Source: Alphaproteobacteria bacterium (GTDB lineage Bacteria > Pseudomonadota > Alphaproteobacteria > UBA828 > JAPUJA01). Taken from it: a stretch of DNA of 64,000 nt. The first letter of the stretch is position 1. Each line of letters begins with the position of its first letter. The notes beneath the pieces are model-generated. The model did no database searches and was not told the DNA's origin. It saw nothing but the letters and a program-made list of their open reading frames with translations. Positions 52,334 to 61,986 of this stretch are shown here, piece after piece. The position numbers and the translations under genes were made by a program. The DNA lies in contig CBDAPE010000011.1 of NCBI GenBank assembly GCA_965198325.1, forward strand, positions 47,680-111,679, given 5' to 3'.

Positions 52334-53068
52334 TTAGCTTTCCAGAAGGACTTCTTTGGCGCGATTGATCTTGCCCGCCAGATAGGTCGAGCCGCCTTGA
52401 TCGGGGTGTAATTTTAGCATAAGCCGGTGATGTGCGGCCTTGATCTCGTCCTCGGCCGCATCGGGGCCAACACCAAGAATTTCACACGCCTCCTCTTTGC
52501 TCATCGCGGCAGAAGAGCGGCCCGCGGTCCGGCCGGAGCTCCCGGCTGTATCGGCTTTCCGGGTGCCCGCTTTCGCAGCCCAGTCGGCGCCGAAGTTTCG
52601 TTCCAGATAGGCCTCCAGAAGTTGCGCCGATTGATGGTCTCCCTGGACGCACTCCCGGTGCAGGTCGGCGAGCTGCTCGAACGATAAATCGCCCAAGGTA
52701 CGCCCCACATAACGGCCTTCGAGCACTTCGCCGGTCATTTCGCCGCTATCGTGCTCGAGTGTCATCCGCAAGTACCGGGTTTCGACGGCGGAGGTCTGTC
52801 CCGGTGACGGCTGTCCACCGACCCGCATTCCCCCTCCACGGGAGAGCCAGCCGAGCAAACGCAGCAGCAAGACGAGTGCAATGGGAATGACAGCCAGATG
52901 GACTTTTCCGGTGACGGCCAGGAAAATTGCCAGCGCGCCGGCCAACCCGAAGCCGCCCCAACGCAGGATATTCGCCACGTTAGTCGTCGGGGCGGTCGCA
53001 TACCAGCGGGCAATGAAGACTCCCAGCACGAGGAGGGCGACGCCGAGAATGAGATAAGCCCAGATCAC
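52334..53068 (-). CDS. Membrane-anchored J-domain protein
   Basis: N-terminal TM helices; C-terminal J domain with HPDQGGSTYLA. Confidence 0.88.
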   Translation of the reverse strand: MIWAYLILGVALLVLGVFIARWYATAPTTNVANILRWGGFGLAGALAIFLAVTGKVHLAVIPIALVLLLRLLGWLSRGGGMRVGGQPSPGQTSAVETRYLRMTLEHDSGEMTGEVLEGRYVGRTLGDLSFEQLADLHRECVQGDHQSAQLLEAYLERNFGADWAAKAGTRKADTAGSSGRTAGRSSAAMSKEEACEILGVGPDAAEDEIKAAHHRLMLKLHPDQGGSTYLAGKINRAKEVLLES

Positions 53069-53075
53069 GCCCGCC

Positions 53076-53789
53076 TCAGCCGGATTTCATCTGACTGGTC
53101 AGGCGAAGAACGTCATCGCCGCGACCCTTGCCATAATCGGCCAGCGCAACACGGCCTCCTGCTGCGTAGACCGCAACCGCACCAAGCAGTTCGCGAAGTT
53201 GCCGCGCGCTCGATGCATCGAACGGACAATAGGCGCCTCCACTCAGCTTCGCGATATGGCGAAACGCTCTGGCCGATATGGGTTCTCCGCCCTCGTGGAA
53301 TACGAATACGGGCAAACCCAGCACGCCGAGTTGGCCTGCCAGATGGCTCAGCTCGTCGACGTCCTCTTCGATGTAGTCGCCGACAAAGACCAACGCATCG
53401 ATCCGTGCCTTCTTCGCCTCCCGCAAGGCGTGCCGTAGCAATTTGCCGATCTGGGTCTGGCCGCCAAGGCAGAACACCGACGTCATGTGCCGGACGAGCG
53501 CTTTCGAATTGGTCAACCATTTTGTGGCCTTGAATTCACCAAATCCCCGGTAGAACACAAGCTGGACCTCGAGTCCGCCGAGCGCCGCAGTAGCCTCGAA
53601 CATTTCGCCCTGGATCTGGCAAGCGAGATCCCAAGTGGGCTCCCGACTCGCCGTGGCATCGACTGCAAACATCAGGCGGCCCCGCTTGCGAGCGCCGGGC
53701 CGGTAGGGAGTAACGGCCGCCTTGCGCACAAAGGCGTCGACGGCGGCCTGCGTCTCCTTACTCGGAAGCTTACTGTCGTCTGCGGCCAT
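53076..53789 (-). CDS. VWA domain protein
   Basis: FAVDATASR MIDAS-like motif, GGQTQI, FVGD. Confidence 0.88.
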   Translation of the reverse strand: MAADDSKLPSKETQAAVDAFVRKAAVTPYRPGARKRGRLMFAVDATASREPTWDLACQIQGEMFEATAALGGLEVQLVFYRGFGEFKATKWLTNSKALVRHMTSVFCLGGQTQIGKLLRHALREAKKARIDALVFVGDYIEEDVDELSHLAGQLGVLGLPVFVFHEGGEPISARAFRHIAKLSGGAYCPFDASSARQLRELLGAVAVYAAGGRVALADYGKGRGDDVLRLTSQMKSG

Positions 53790-53929
53790 CTAATTTCACG
53801 TCGTTCGTCATGCAACGATATTGCTCAGGTTGGCTTACGTCCACGTCGGTCGAGCGCCACAAGTTGCGGCATACCACCAAGCAACGTAAAGACAGGAGCG
53901 TAACTTATTGGAATAATGAGCGAAACAGT

Positions 53930-54942
53930 TTATTCTACATGAATGAGAGCGGATGGGTAAAACGCGTGGAAGGCGAAGGCGAAATCGACCCGATAGACCA
54001 CGTCCTCCAAACCGTCCTTGGTTTTTCGCTGAACGACGACATTCCCCACATCGGCACCCTCGGCGATGACGGCGCTGTCGAGCGCCGATGCCTGACCGGG
54101 TTCCCACGTGATCACGAGATTGCCGACTTCGATGCGCTCAGCCTTCCGGACCAGCGCCAGACTCCAGGCTTCCTCCCCCACCACGACCACACGCGACAGA
54201 GCCGGCACCTGTTCCGGCAAGGGCCCATCGAAAAACGGATAAGGTTCCGTGCGGCTGTCGTAATAGGTGTAGGGATTGGCTCCATATCGAGCATATGACC
54301 CGTGACCGGGCACGAGGACCAGGCCGTCCCGGGCCCGTTCACGGAAGTTCGCAAATGATTCGAGGCGGGCGGGCAGCATGGTGAACCACCGACCCGTCAT
54401 TTCTCCAACGATTGCCTCGCCGACGAATTGCTGCCACCAGCTCTCGGTCTGGCGGTCGTACATGATGAGGTCGGAATTCCGCAAAAATCGGAAACCCCGA
54501 AATCGAGCACCCGCCCGTCGACACGTCGGTCGAAGACGACCGTCGTGTTGCACAAGGGGCAAAAAGTCACGGCGATTGGCACGCCACCGACGACGTCGTT
54601 GACGATCTCGTGCCGCGTCAGAATGCGTAACGGGTAGGCCCGAATGTCTCCGTCGATGGAGAGGCCGGCCACCGGCTCGCGGTCTGCGATATCCTCGATT
54701 TCTCGAACCGGGGCAAAGCTCGGTGAATCGATCGCCGGTATGCCATCCTTGCGAACCCCGCCTCATTTCACCTCGTCCCAATCGATGCCGTAGATATCGA
54801 ACGCGGTGTTGGGCCAAGACCGCTCGAGATCGGGAAACGTCTCCAAGGGCGACGCCGAAGCGAACGTCGCGGCATGCACGGCGAGAAGAACCAGCGTCAG
54901 CGCGCGTCCGAAACGTCTCAAGTTATCTTTGACGATGACCAT
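53930..54942 (-). pseudogene. DUF3179 family secreted protein; TGA at 54763-54765 and frameshift near 54489
   Basis: GGVRKDGIPAID, RAYP, HEIVND, TFCPLCN, then LRNSDLIMYDRQTESWWQQ and FAFAFHAFYP. Confidence 0.88.
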
Positions 54943-55155
54943 ATTCGCGCTAAATTGTCGTCTGAGAGAATTATCTGCAGACTGAGTCAAGGCGGCAAGT
55001 CACGACCACGTGACTAGGCTCCGTCAGAGCGGGCTTATGATTTGCGGCGTTTACTTGCAGGCAACAATTTTAATTGCTATTTAGTTTGGAGAGGTTAGGG
55101 AAAATGATCGACCCGGCGGCAGGCCGGCGCCCCTGAGACCAGGAGATCGCTTGCG

Positions 55156-56067
55156 ATGTGCGGACTAGCGGGAATCATGTTCAAGACTGGTGGAAGCAGC
55201 AACGACACCGGCAAGGCCCTGATCGACATGCTCGACGGATGTCAGCATCGGGGGCCCGATTCGACAGGCTTTGCGCTCTACACGACGGACACGGAGGAGG
55301 ACCGGCTTCACCTCCGGTTTTACGTCGGTCCCGCGGGAACCGAACAGAGCAAAAAGATCACCGAAATCAAGGACATCCTCGCGAAGCACAGTGCGTCGAT
55401 CCTCAAGGACGAGGTCATCGTCGAGAATTACCGCTGCGACGTAGAATTCAGCGGCGACCTGCAGAAGATGAGCTATGACCTGGAGCACATCGCCTCGATC
55501 ATCTCAATCGGGAGCAGCCTCGAAATCTTCAAGGATGTCGGCACTGCTCACGAGGTCGACGATCGCTACCACATCCAAGGATTCAAGGGCACTCACGGGC
55601 TGGGCCATGTTCGGATGGCGACCGAATCGGCGGTCGCGCCCGAGGCCGCTCACCCCTTCTGGGCGACCGGATTTTCGGACGTGGCGATCGTCCATAACGG
55701 CCAGATCACGAATTACTATAAGTTGCGCCGCCGCCTCGAGCGTCGGGGCTTCGAATTTCATACCGAGAATGACAGCGAGCTGATAGCGATCTATCTGGCC
55801 GACAAGCTGCAGCAGGGCATTTCGCTCCGCGACGCTCTGGGCCAGTCGATCGAGGATCTCGACGGCACCTTTTCCTATCTGGCGTCGACCAAAGACGAGA
55901 TCGGCTACGCGAAAGACCGGCTCGCGGTGAAGCCGATGATCATGTACGAGGACGACGACCTCATCGCGATCGCCTCCGAGGAGGTTTCGCTCAACCGCCT
56001 GTTTCCCGGAAAGCCGCTCGATACCAAGGAGCCACCGCCAGGGACCTATAAAACATGGTCACGCTAG
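55156..56067 (+). CDS. Class II glutamine amidotransferase (GlxB/MgsA-like)
   Basis: N-terminal MCG, HRGPDSTG, GHVRMATES, HNGQITN, NDSE. Confidence 0.9.
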   Translation: MCGLAGIMFKTGGSSNDTGKALIDMLDGCQHRGPDSTGFALYTTDTEEDRLHLRFYVGPAGTEQSKKITEIKDILAKHSASILKDEVIVENYRCDVEFSGDLQKMSYDLEHIASIISIGSSLEIFKDVGTAHEVDDRYHIQGFKGTHGLGHVRMATESAVAPEAAHPFWATGFSDVAIVHNGQITNYYKLRRRLERRGFEFHTENDSELIAIYLADKLQQGISLRDALGQSIEDLDGTFSYLASTKDEIGYAKDRLAVKPMIMYEDDDLIAIASEEVSLNRLFPGKPLDTKEPPPGTYKTWSR

Positions 56068-58013
56068 ATCTGGCCGAATTACCCGTTCGTCAGGCCAACG
56101 AACAGCTTCGCGAATACGGCGAAAAGGGTGAGGATGTCGAGATCCTCAATCCAGATTCGAAGCATCACATCGGCGTCGGGCTGACCTCGCCGATCAATGT
56201 TCATGTCCGGGGCTCGGCCGGCTATTTTTGCGCGGGCCTGTCGGACGGCGCCAATTTCACGATTGACAACAACGTCGGCTGGGGCGCGGGCGACAACATC
56301 TATCAGGGTTCCGTGGTCGTCGGCGGCAACGCCGGCGCGATTGCTGGTGTTGCGATTCGTGGCGGCGACGTCGTGATCAAGGGAAATATGGGCTCGCGCT
56401 CAGGCCAGGTGATGAAGGCCGGCACCCTGTGCTGCGCCGGCAACGCCAATTTCATGGCCGGCTACATGATGTATGGCGGCAAGATCATCATTCTGGGCAA
56501 TTCCGGCGAGCGCGTGGGCGAAGACATGAGCGCCGGTGATATCTATGTGGGCGGCGACCTGCAGGATCTTGGATCGGACGCGATCCAAACCGATATCTCT
56601 CAAGAAGAAATCGATGAAATATTAGAATTTTTAGATCGTTACGAGCTGAAGTTCACAGGAACTCTAAAGAAAATCATTAACGCTGGGAAGAAGCTGCGCT
56701 ACCCCACCCTGGAAAAACAGATGCGCAGCATTCCCTACTTTCATTTTTCCAGCGACTGCGATTACTGGAACGGCAAGGTCCAGGAGGACATCTATATCAA
56801 GTCCCAGATTGGCCGTTACCGCATTCGCGGCTATGGCGGGGCACGCACCCTGCCCCATTTCGGCGATATTGCGTTCCGCGCCGATTTATCGAAAATTGGC
56901 GCCGAGCCGGACCCGGTCTCGAAGATCAGCCTGAAGACCGAAATCGGCGGTCGTCATGGCGGCCAACCCTTGAAGCTGACCATGCCGGTGATGATCGCGC
57001 CGATCAGCTACGGTGCGATCTCGGCCTCGACCAAGCACGCGATAGCCATTGCCTCCTCGCTCTCGGGCATTGCCGAGAACACGGGCGAAGGCGGCATGAG
57101 CGAGGCGCAACGGAATTCGGCGAAGCAACTCATATTTCAGTGTCTGGGCGGGCGTCTGGGCTGGAACATCCACGACATGAAGCGAGCCAACGGCGTCGAA
57201 ATCTACATTTCCCAGGGTGCGAAGCCGGGATTTGGCGGCCAGCTCATGGCAAAGAAGGTGACCAAGGAATTGGCGCGGGTGCGCGGCATCCCCCACGGCA
57301 TCGATTTGCGCTCGCCGTCACGCCACCCCGATATCCTCGGGCCCGACGATCTCGTCATTAAGGTCGAGGAATTTCGCGAGGCGACGGGCTACAAGGTGCC
57401 GGTGAGCGTCAAGATGGGTGCGGGCCGTGTGCCCGACGACATCAAGATTGCGGTCAAGGATACCTTCGACTTCGTCGAGCTGGACGGAATGCAGGGCGCC
57501 ACCGGCGCGGGAAGCTCCGAGGTTTCCGAATTCGTCGGCATCCCCACGCTGGCGGCGATCGTCGAGGCGGTCGACGCGCTGAACGACATCAACGCCCGGG
57601 ACAAGATCCAGATCGTCCTCATGGGTGGCATGCATGATGGCGTCGATATGATGAAGGGCCTGGCGCTTGGAGCCGACGCCTGCGCGATCGGTACGTCCGC
57701 GATTATCGCGGGCGGTTGTATCGCCTGCATGCAGTGTCACATCGGTGATTGCCCGGTCGGCATTGCGACCCAGGATCCCGAACACGAAAGCCGCTACAAC
57801 TACGAGGTCGAGGCCCATAACATCCACCGCTTCCTCGAGAGCGTACGCTGGCAGATCGCGGCGATCACCCACGCGTTGGGACACGACGACGTAAGCCAGC
57901 TGTCGCGCGACGACCTGGTCGCGCTGACACCGGAGGCGGCGGCGATCACCGGGCTGCCCTACGAGCCCGAATATCGTCAGCAGGACGACGATCTGCGCCG
58001 AAAGGTCGGCTGA
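56055..58013 (+). CDS. Fused GXGXG beta-helix + FMN glutamate-synthase domain (GlxC-GlxD/MgsB-MgsC-like)
   Basis: Gly-rich GXGXG repeats in the first ~220 aa; then YRIRG, TGEGG, QGAKPG, DGMQGATG, CIACMQCHIGDC. Confidence 0.88.
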   Translation: MVTLDLAELPVRQANEQLREYGEKGEDVEILNPDSKHHIGVGLTSPINVHVRGSAGYFCAGLSDGANFTIDNNVGWGAGDNIYQGSVVVGGNAGAIAGVAIRGGDVVIKGNMGSRSGQVMKAGTLCCAGNANFMAGYMMYGGKIIILGNSGERVGEDMSAGDIYVGGDLQDLGSDAIQTDISQEEIDEILEFLDRYELKFTGTLKKIINAGKKLRYPTLEKQMRSIPYFHFSSDCDYWNGKVQEDIYIKSQIGRYRIRGYGGARTLPHFGDIAFRADLSKIGAEPDPVSKISLKTEIGGRHGGQPLKLTMPVMIAPISYGAISASTKHAIAIASSLSGIAENTGEGGMSEAQRNSAKQLIFQCLGGRLGWNIHDMKRANGVEIYISQGAKPGFGGQLMAKKVTKELARVRGIPHGIDLRSPSRHPDILGPDDLVIKVEEFREATGYKVPVSVKMGAGRVPDDIKIAVKDTFDFVELDGMQGATGAGSSEVSEFVGIPTLAAIVEAVDALNDINARDKIQIVLMGGMHDGVDMMKGLALGADACAIGTSAIIAGGCIACMQCHIGDCPVGIATQDPEHESRYNYEVEAHNIHRFLESVRWQIAAITHALGHDDVSQLSRDDLVALTPEAAAITGLPYEPEYRQQDDDLRRKVG

Positions 58014-58014
58014 C

Positions 58015-60543
58015 GTGGCCGCGGCGGAAGACAAGAGCCTGATGACGGACTTGCCGAATCCGTTCGAACTCGCGGACGATACGGGCGACAAGCATTACGT
58101 CCCCGCACCGTGTCAGCTGGGTTGCCCGATTGGCACCGACGCGCCCTCCTATATCGCCCTGATCTGGGAAGAGAAGCTGGAAGAAGCCTACGAAGCGATT
58201 ACGGCGACCAACCCGTTCAGCTCCTCGTGCGCCCGCATCTGCGCGGCGCCCTGCGAAGATGTCTGTCGGCGCGCCGACAGCGACGGACCGATCGGTATTC
58301 GCAATCTCAAGCGCTATGTCATGGAACGCCTGGGCGACAAGATCAAGCTGCCGTCCGTTCAGGTGTCGCGCGAGGAGACCATCGGCATCATCGGCGGCGG
58401 GCCTGCGGGTCTGACTGCGGCCCAGGATTTTGCCCTGGCCGGGTTCGGAGTCCACGTCTACGAGCTGTCCGAGGTGCTTGGTGGGATGATCGCCTGGGGA
58501 ATTCCTTTCAACCGGCTGCCGCCGCCGGTCCTCAAGGAAGACCTCGACCGGATTCTCGAGCGCTGCCCGGGCATCGAGGTCCACCTGAATTGCACCTTTG
58601 GCAAGGACGTCACTTTCGATGAGCTGAAGGACCGCCACCAGGCCGTGCTGCTGTCGATCGGCGCAACCTGGGGCAAGGATCTACCGATCCCCGGCGTGGA
58701 ACACCCGAGCGTGTGGGACGGGGTCGACTTTCTGCACCGAACCAACGCGGGCGAAACACTCAAGGTCGCCGGCAAGGTCGTCGTCATCGGTGGCGGCGAC
58801 GTCGCCATGGACGTCGCACGAACCGCGCTTCGGCTGGGTGCCAGCGAGGTTCATCTCTCGGTGCTCGAAAACCGCAACAACATGCGGGCCCACGAGCACG
58901 AGCTCCACGCCACGCTCGCCGAGGACGTCGATCTGCACAACGACCGTCTGCCGACGCGGATCGAGGCCACCGAGTCCGGGCTGGCCCTTCACGTCGTCAA
59001 GACGACGGGCGGCGGCCTGGACGACGAAGGGCGCCTGCAGTTCGAGATCGTCGAGGGTTCTGATTACGTGGTCCCCTGCGACATGGTCATGACCGCCGTG
59101 GGCCAGCAGGCGTTGAGCGACGAGCTGGACAAGCGTGGGATGATGGAGCGCGGCTGCGTGATCACCGACGCGGACACCATGCGCACGGCCGATCCAATGG
59201 TCTATTCCGCGGGCGACAGCGCCTTCGGCGGCTCGACCATCGTCGAAGCGATGCGCCAGGGCCACAAGGCGGCCTACTACATCAAAGCGGCGCTCGACGG
59301 CATCGACGATCCGATCCCCTACAAGACGCCGCACCGGACCCGCCGCGTCAAGGTGGCCCAGGATCTGGAATGGTCGAACATCCCGCAAATGAAGCAGGAA
59401 TTCATCGGCCTGGGCAGCGACCCCGAGGCATTCGAGGAGAGCGAGATCGGCTATGACCGGGATACGGCCATTGCCGAGGCAGCCCGGTGCTTTCGCTGCG
59501 ATGCCGAGACCGGCTCTTCGGATTACTCGGTGCAGAACCGCGAGGACATCTTCTCGATGGCGCGGACCAATCCGATGGACCACGCGAAGCACGCGGCGAT
59601 GTTGAGAAAGCGTCTGCCGAACCGCGACGACCCCTATCCCGAGGAGCGCAGTGCAACGCTCGAAGATCTCACCTTCCTGCCGGCCAACCTCTCGCGCCTG
59701 GTGATCGATCCCTATCGCGAGGCGTGCAAGGTCTCGACCGCGATCGGCGCGATGGAGCTGCCCCAGCCTTTCTTCGTCACCGGCTTCGATGAGGCACCCA
59801 GCGAGGTGAAGGCGGCAGTGGCGTCGGGTCTTGCACAAAGCGATTGCGGGTATCTGGGCGCTGCCCCAATCGCGGACAATATCCGCTGGCTCCAGCTGCT
59901 TGAACCCGGCACCGAGGCCAGCAAGGACGCTGTCGCGCTGGTCTACCGAACCGGCCAGAGTTTCGCGCCCGTCGAGGTGAAACGGCTGTACGAAGATCAG
60001 CTTCTGGGGCTCGCGGTGTCGTCGTCCGCAGCCCTCGAAGAGGCCATTCCCTTCGCGCTCGAAGCCGGCTTCGACCTGATGGTGCTGGATGGAAGCGGTG
60101 GAATCGGCGGCCGCTGGCCCGAGCTCGCGGGCGCACCCGACCTCACCATGATGCGCGACGCCATCCGGATCCTGCGCCGGCTCAACCGCGAGGAAGAGAT
60201 CGACCTGGTGTTCTTCGGCGGCATGCGCTCGGGAACCGATGCTGCAAAACTGATCGCCATGGGGACGGTCGCGGTGGTGTTCGGCGCTTCGGTCGGATTT
60301 GCCGCGGGCGGCGCCTTCGTCCAGGGCAACGACATGATGTTCGAGGCGGACTATACCGCCGAGGACCGTACGCTTGCGGTCGCAAATATTCTCAAGGCGG
60401 TTGCGGTCGAAGCTTCGATGATGGCCCGATGCACCGGCAAGACGGCACTCCACAATCTGGAGCCCGAGGACATGCGTTCGGTCAGCATCGCGACGGCCGA
60501 GGCGACAGACCTTCTCCTCGTGGGTAAGCAGTCGGCCGCCTGA
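58015..60543 (+). CDS. GltD-like Fe-S flavoprotein fused to a degenerate FMN glutamate-synthase domain
   Basis: APCQLGCP, CARICAAPCEDVCRR, GGGPAG, GGGDVAMD, AGD, EAARCFRC; C-terminal LEDLTFLPANLSR...FGGMRSGTD. Confidence 0.85.
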   Translation: MAAAEDKSLMTDLPNPFELADDTGDKHYVPAPCQLGCPIGTDAPSYIALIWEEKLEEAYEAITATNPFSSSCARICAAPCEDVCRRADSDGPIGIRNLKRYVMERLGDKIKLPSVQVSREETIGIIGGGPAGLTAAQDFALAGFGVHVYELSEVLGGMIAWGIPFNRLPPPVLKEDLDRILERCPGIEVHLNCTFGKDVTFDELKDRHQAVLLSIGATWGKDLPIPGVEHPSVWDGVDFLHRTNAGETLKVAGKVVVIGGGDVAMDVARTALRLGASEVHLSVLENRNNMRAHEHELHATLAEDVDLHNDRLPTRIEATESGLALHVVKTTGGGLDDEGRLQFEIVEGSDYVVPCDMVMTAVGQQALSDELDKRGMMERGCVITDADTMRTADPMVYSAGDSAFGGSTIVEAMRQGHKAAYYIKAALDGIDDPIPYKTPHRTRRVKVAQDLEWSNIPQMKQEFIGLGSDPEAFEESEIGYDRDTAIAEAARCFRCDAETGSSDYSVQNREDIFSMARTNPMDHAKHAAMLRKRLPNRDDPYPEERSATLEDLTFLPANLSRLVIDPYREACKVSTAIGAMELPQPFFVTGFDEAPSEVKAAVASGLAQSDCGYLGAAPIADNIRWLQLLEPGTEASKDAVALVYRTGQSFAPVEVKRLYEDQLLGLAVSSSAALEEAIPFALEAGFDLMVLDGSGGIGGRWPELAGAPDLTMMRDAIRILRRLNREEEIDLVFFGGMRSGTDAAKLIAMGTVAVVFGASVGFAAGGAFVQGNDMMFEADYTAEDRTLAVANILKAVAVEASMMARCTGKTALHNLEPEDMRSVSIATAEATDLLLVGKQSAA

Positions 60544-60586
60544 CGACTGAGAACGCCGGATCGCCCCTCCAGAACGAAGACCTGTC

Positions 60587-61978
60587 ATGCGCAGCTTCTG
60601 GCTCCAACAGGCCCTCGCCGAAGATCAAGCCGACATAACACCGCTGGATGGCGATATCCGCGCCGATATTTGCATCGTGGGCGGCGGTTTCACGGGGCTG
60701 TGGACGGCGCTTCGCCTCAAAGAGCACGAGCCTTCCCTCGATATCGTGATCATCGAGGCCGACATCTGCGGTGGCGGGGCGAGCGGCCGGAACGGCGGCT
60801 TCTGCATGACCTGGATGTCGAAGGCCGCGACGCTGCTCAAGATCTGCGGCGCCCAGGACGGCGTCCGCCTGCTTCGGGAATCCCAAGACGGCGTCGCGGC
60901 AATCGGGCAGTTCTGTGTCGATCACGGGATCGACTCCCATTTCCGTCACGACGGCTGGCTGTGGACCGCGGGGAATGCGGCTCAGGCCGGCGCCTGGTCC
61001 GAGACCCTGGAGCAGCTCGACAAGCTGGGCATCGATGCCTTCGACGAACTCGCGACCGACGAGGTTGCCCGGCGCACCGGAAGCGAGGCGCATTTCGCCG
61101 GCGTCTTCGAGCGCGGCATCGCGACGGTCCAGCCCGCTTTGCTCGCCCGGGGTCTGCGCCGGATCGTCGCCGAACGGGGCGTCACAATCTACGAGCAGAC
61201 GAAAATGACCCGCCTCGCCCGGCAAACGATGCCGCGAGTTCGAACCAACCGGGGCACGGTCACCGCGACCCGCGTGGTTCTGGCGCTCAACGCCTGGGCG
61301 CACGAGTTGTCCGAATTCCGGCGTACGGTCATCCCGATCGGTCCCAATGCGTTCGTGACCGAGCCTGCGCCCGACCGCCTAGCCGAGGTGGGTCTCACCG
61401 ACGGGGTCGCGATCTCCGACTCCCACATGCTGGTGAACTACTACCGCACCACACACGACGGCCGGCTCGCCTGGGGCAAGGGAGGCGGCCCGATCGCCTT
61501 CGCCGGCCGGGTCGGCACGCGTTTCGACGGCCCCGCGCCCCGGCCCGATCTGGCCTGGGCCGATTTCGTCCGCTACTACCCCTCGCTGTCCGATTTGAAG
61601 ATCGCGACCAGCTGGACCGGGCCCGCAACACGCACGGAAACCGGCCTGCCCTCGTTCGGCCGTCTGCCTCGCGCGCCCGCAATCGTGTTCGGTCACGGCT
61701 ATACGGGAAACGGCGTCGGGCCCAGCTATCTCGGCGGGCGCATTCTCGCGTCGCTGGCGCTCGATCTCGACGACGAATGGACGAATATGCCGCTCGTCCA
61801 GATGCCACACGCTTTCCTGCCCCCCGAACCGATCCGATATTTTGGCGGCCAGGTCGTCCGCGCCGCCGCCCACGCTAAGGACCGCGCCGAGGATGCAGGC
61901 CGCAAACCCGGCCCCCTGGTCAATAAACTCGCAGCGCTGGCGCCCGCCGGTCTCGCGCCGCTACACGACGACGACTAA
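60587..61978 (+). CDS. FAD-dependent oxidoreductase (DAO family, PuuB-like)
   Basis: SFW, GGGFTGLW, GASGRNGG, VQPALL, GYTGNGV, PPEPIR. Confidence 0.88.
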   Translation: MRSFWLQQALAEDQADITPLDGDIRADICIVGGGFTGLWTALRLKEHEPSLDIVIIEADICGGGASGRNGGFCMTWMSKAATLLKICGAQDGVRLLRESQDGVAAIGQFCVDHGIDSHFRHDGWLWTAGNAAQAGAWSETLEQLDKLGIDAFDELATDEVARRTGSEAHFAGVFERGIATVQPALLARGLRRIVAERGVTIYEQTKMTRLARQTMPRVRTNRGTVTATRVVLALNAWAHELSEFRRTVIPIGPNAFVTEPAPDRLAEVGLTDGVAISDSHMLVNYYRTTHDGRLAWGKGGGPIAFAGRVGTRFDGPAPRPDLAWADFVRYYPSLSDLKIATSWTGPATRTETGLPSFGRLPRAPAIVFGHGYTGNGVGPSYLGGRILASLALDLDDEWTNMPLVQMPHAFLPPEPIRYFGGQVVRAAAHAKDRAEDAGRKPGPLVNKLAALAPAGLAPLHDDD

Positions 61979-61986
61979 CCCGTCGT

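Noticed and set aside
54763-54765. TGA as selenocysteine in the DUF3179 gene
   Set aside because: It is not at the CxxC site, no clear SECIS was seen, and the gene also has a frameshift
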